From the IMG/VR virus record IMGVR_UViG_3300017971_000124, positions 1 through 42,737 of that record: a DNA stretch of 42,737 nucleotides; one strand, 5' to 3'. This document shows, in pieces, positions 40,359 through 42,737 of this stretch (positions are counted from its first letter, which is position 1; the number at the start of each line of letters is the position of its first letter). The notes under the pieces are model-generated. The model saw only the letters and a program-made list of their open reading frames with translations, had not been told where the DNA came from and ran no database searches. Origin of the DNA: a virus. The position numbers and the translations under genes were made by a program.

Positions 40359-41966
40359 TTAGCTGCTGCGCAAGCCACTCAGTGACCTCGTCTGCGGGGT
40401 GCCCTGGGCGGTGAAGCCCTGGAACGGCTGCAGTCTCTTAGCTCGCTCCTTCTGGGCCGACGCCATGACACGCTGGATGTTCTGGCCCACCACAGCGGCG
40501 TCTCTGCCAGAGCGCAACGGCTGATTCAGGTTGAGGTCGATCAGGTCCTCGACATCCAGATCATACTTGCCGAGGTTGATCTCGTGCCGCAGGCGCAGGG
40601 CAAACTCAGCGCTCTTCTGCATAGCCGCTGTGACGCTCTCAGAGTCCAGGGAACCGGCGGTCTGGAGAGCCACCCGGATCGCATCGTCGGCCGAGAAGAA
40701 GTCGCCAAGGCCGGCAGCAGTAGCCTGCTCAGACAACGTGCTGGCCTCCCACACGTCGTAGAGATCCGTAGGTGCGGAGCCGGCAACGAAGTCGAACATG
40801 TCCTGCAGGGTAGTGATCTGGTCCAGCCCCTGTGCACCGAGGATGCCGTTGAATGCCTCCAGTGCGGGGCGGAACTTCTGCATCCTATCGAACGTCTTCA
40901 CAGTGGTGTCCACAGTGGTGATGCTGTGTCCCTTCTCCAGCAACGCCCCGATCGTCTCGGGGGACGCCAGCGACGGGTCGAGGCCCGCTCCAGTGAGAGC
41001 CTGGCGGGTGCCGGCCTCAAACTCCAGCCACCCTGTGATGGCGTCCTCCATGGTGGAGTTGGCGGTCTCCTGGATCTTGGCGATGCCGGGGAAGCGAGCC
41101 TTGAAAGCATCGGTATCCGACAGTTTATCGATGACCCACGAGAGCGGCTTGTCCTCCGACTCGGCCACGAAGATGATGTCCATGGCGGCGCCGTCCTTAG
41201 CGGCCCACTCAGGCAGCACGCCCCCATCTAGGGCAATTGCCACCATGCGGTGATAGCGGTCCTCGAACTCACCGGTACCCTCCACGTCGGTGATGCTGTC
41301 GATAAAGAGGTGATTGGGGTCTTGTAGGAAGGACTGCAGCTCGATCTCTTTGAACCCTGTGGGTCGCATGCCTTCGCCGAAGAGCAGATCCATCTGATCG
41401 GGGGTAGCCTCGAACAGGCCCCTCTTGCCTGAGCCCGGGAGCTGGTAGCTGACGTACCACTTGCCGAGATCCTTGTCGTAGAACCACTCCATGTTGCGGC
41501 TGGTCATGATCGTCATGCCGGGAACATCTTCTGTGCCCGGGTCGCCTACGCCCTCGCTGCCGCCGCCGGCATCCGCATCTACATCGGTAGGGGCAGTGCC
41601 TACACCGCCGCCGGCGGGGGCCCCTCCTGTCGCCAGGAAGTCCCCGTAGTTGATACCGCCATCGTTTCCACCCTTGATGATCGCCTCGGCGGTGGCCTGG
41701 TCAATGCCGTACTTCTCGATGAGCCGGTCGGCAGTGACGACGTGCTTAAAGATATCGTCCCGCAACTGGTTCTCGTCCCGGGGCCGGCTACCGGTGCCGG
41801 CAAGATCCTGGAGCCACCCATTGATACGGTCCACAGGGAACTGATCCGCCAGCTCCGGGAACTCTTGCATGATGAGCTCAAGGGTCCGAGCAATCGTGCC
41901 GTACCCGGCCTCCTCGAACATCTGGATGTAGTGGGTTGTGCTGCTAGCAGCCATCTGGTCAGCCAC
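40359..41966 (-). CDS. Internal virion protein (putative), 535 aa
   Basis: An ORF between the Gly-rich protein and the scaffold gene. It has a Gly-rich linker, GGAPAGGGVGTAPTDVDADAGGGSEG. Confidence 0.7.
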   Translation of the reverse strand: MADQMAASSTTHYIQMFEEAGYGTIARTLELIMQEFPELADQFPVDRINGWLQDLAGTGSRPRDENQLRDDIFKHVVTADRLIEKYGIDQATAEAIIKGGNDGGINYGDFLATGGAPAGGGVGTAPTDVDADAGGGSEGVGDPGTEDVPGMTIMTSRNMEWFYDKDLGKWYVSYQLPGSGKRGLFEATPDQMDLLFGEGMRPTGFKEIELQSFLQDPNHLFIDSITDVEGTGEFEDRYHRMVAIALDGGVLPEWAAKDGAAMDIIFVAESEDKPLSWVIDKLSDTDAFKARFPGIAKIQETANSTMEDAITGWLEFEAGTRQALTGAGLDPSLASPETIGALLEKGHSITTVDTTVKTFDRMQKFRPALEAFNGILGAQGLDQITTLQDMFDFVAGSAPTDLYDVWEASTLSEQATAAGLGDFFSADDAIRVALQTAGSLDSESVTAAMQKSAEFALRLRHEINLGKYDLDVEDLIDLNLNQPLRSGRDAAVVGQNIQRVMASAQKERAKRLQPFQGFTAQGTPQTRSLSGLRSS

Positions 41967-42737
41967 GGAGCACTCCTCTCAATTGGCTCAGACGGGAGTA
42001 CACCTTGTTCAGGAAAGGGGACGAGCCCGTAACGGTATCGGTCTGTTGCAGCCTGGAGGCCAGTTGGGCCTGGCTGGCGCCGAACTGTGCGGCCCCGATG
42101 GCCCGCTCCTCAGCTTCACCGGGCGCAATCTGTGAAGCCATCTGATACAGCGGAGCGATGTACTGGCGAGGGTCCATGCCCTCGGGCAGGTTGCGGTAGA
42201 TGCTCTTGAACCTACCGGTTTCTTTGACACGCTCCTCTACGAACGTGTCGAAGTCGATCTTCTTCTCTCCCTTGCCGGCCACCACAGCGTCGACGTAGGA
42301 CCGGGCTATGCCCCTGGGATCGGCCCAGGGCTCCAGGACAAGGCTCTTCTTGAGGCGGTCGGCCCGGTTGGCGAGCTCGTCAACGTCGTAGGAGTCACGG
42401 ATCTGTTGAGGAGTCAGGCCACGCCGGCCACCTCCACCGCCGCCCCCGCCACCGCCGCCACCGCCCGAGATGGACATGAACGGGGTGAGGTCGGAGTCGA
42501 GGCTCCCGTAGAAGCGCATACCGAAACCGAGCAGAGTCTTCCAGCCCTCCGTGGTCTGGGTGTAGTAATCACGAACCGAGCCCGGGTCCTGACCAAAGCC
42601 AGGGCTGAAGAGCTCACCGTAAGCCGCCTGCAAGAACGAGTCCCAATTAGCGTTGAACATGTTCATGGTCGGATAGGGATCTTCGCCTGCCGCTATAGCG
42701 GCGTCGAGTACTATCTCATTGAGCTGCTTCCTCAGCC
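41959..42737 (-). CDS. 3' portion of the junction-spanning Gly-rich virion protein. The frame is open to the window edge.
   Basis: The track ORF starts at Met 42666, but the frame stays open upstream to 42737 and continues at 334 after circularisation. Confidence 0.7.
   Translation of the reverse strand, partial: LRKQLNEIVLDAAIAAGEDPYPTMNMFNANWDSFLQAAYGELFSPGFGQDPGSVRDYYTQTTEGWKTLLGFGMRFYGSLDSDLTPFMSISGGGGGGGGGGGGGRRGLTPQQIRDSYDVDELANRADRLKKSLVLEPWADPRGIARSYVDAVVAGKGEKKIDFDTFVEERVKETGRFKSIYRNLPEGMDPRQYIAPLYQMASQIAPGEAEERAIGAAQFGASQAQLASRLQQTDTVTGSSPFLNKVYSRLSQLRGVLRG
42427..42465 (-). repeat. Run of 13 consecutive glycine codons
   Basis: ggc ggt ggc ggc ggt ggc ggg ggc ggc ggt gga ggt ggc, read on the minus strand. 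Confidence 0.95.
42615..42737. repeat. Exact terminal direct repeat, right copy (identical to 1..123)
   Basis: Base-for-base identity with 1-123. Confidence 0.95.

Overview
The window is a complete phage genome. Bases 1-123 are identical to 42615-42737, so the unique length is 42,614 bp, and one gene is intact only when the two ends are joined. The genome is GC-rich (judged by eye, not computed). No tape-measure or sheath gene was recognised, which suggests a podovirus-like phage. The host is probably an actinobacterium: there is a WhiB-family gene, GC3-biased codons, frequent GTG/TTG starts, and hairpin terminators with weak or absent U-tracts.

Two divergent transcription arms leave a ~1.3 kb ORF-free hub at 16241-17591.

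Left arm (minus strand, 16240 down to 1, then across the junction from 42614 down to 29755):
- small early genes and a RepA/AAA_25-like helicase;
- a dATP/dGTP-diphosphohydrolase-like domain protein;
- TerL with a fused TerS-like HTH, then portal;
- a 2,397-aa multidomain virion protein with ParB-like and SNase-like modules;
- internal proteins, scaffold, major capsid and tail proteins;
- a tail fibre with an S74 chaperone domain;
- DUF1353, a holin-like gene and an M15-type endolysin.

Right arm (plus strand, 17592-29702):
- small early genes;
- WhiB, endonuclease VII and a DEDD exonuclease;
- a T7-like family-A DNA polymerase;
- a Cas4/RecB-like nuclease, a Sak4-like ATPase and an SSB-like protein;
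- one inverted RepB'-like primase gene, set off by two convergent terminators.

No phage RNA polymerase, integrase, repressor, tRNA or CRISPR array was recognised.

The most unusual feature is the hairpin-dense ORF-free hub, which could be a large structured RNA or an origin/regulatory centre. Other features of interest are the operator-like repeats, an iteron/hairpin block beside the primase, the giant multidomain protein, and a 15-aa N-terminal tag shared by the helicase and the SSB-like protein.

All functional calls come from motif recognition by eye and from synteny. No database search was run.
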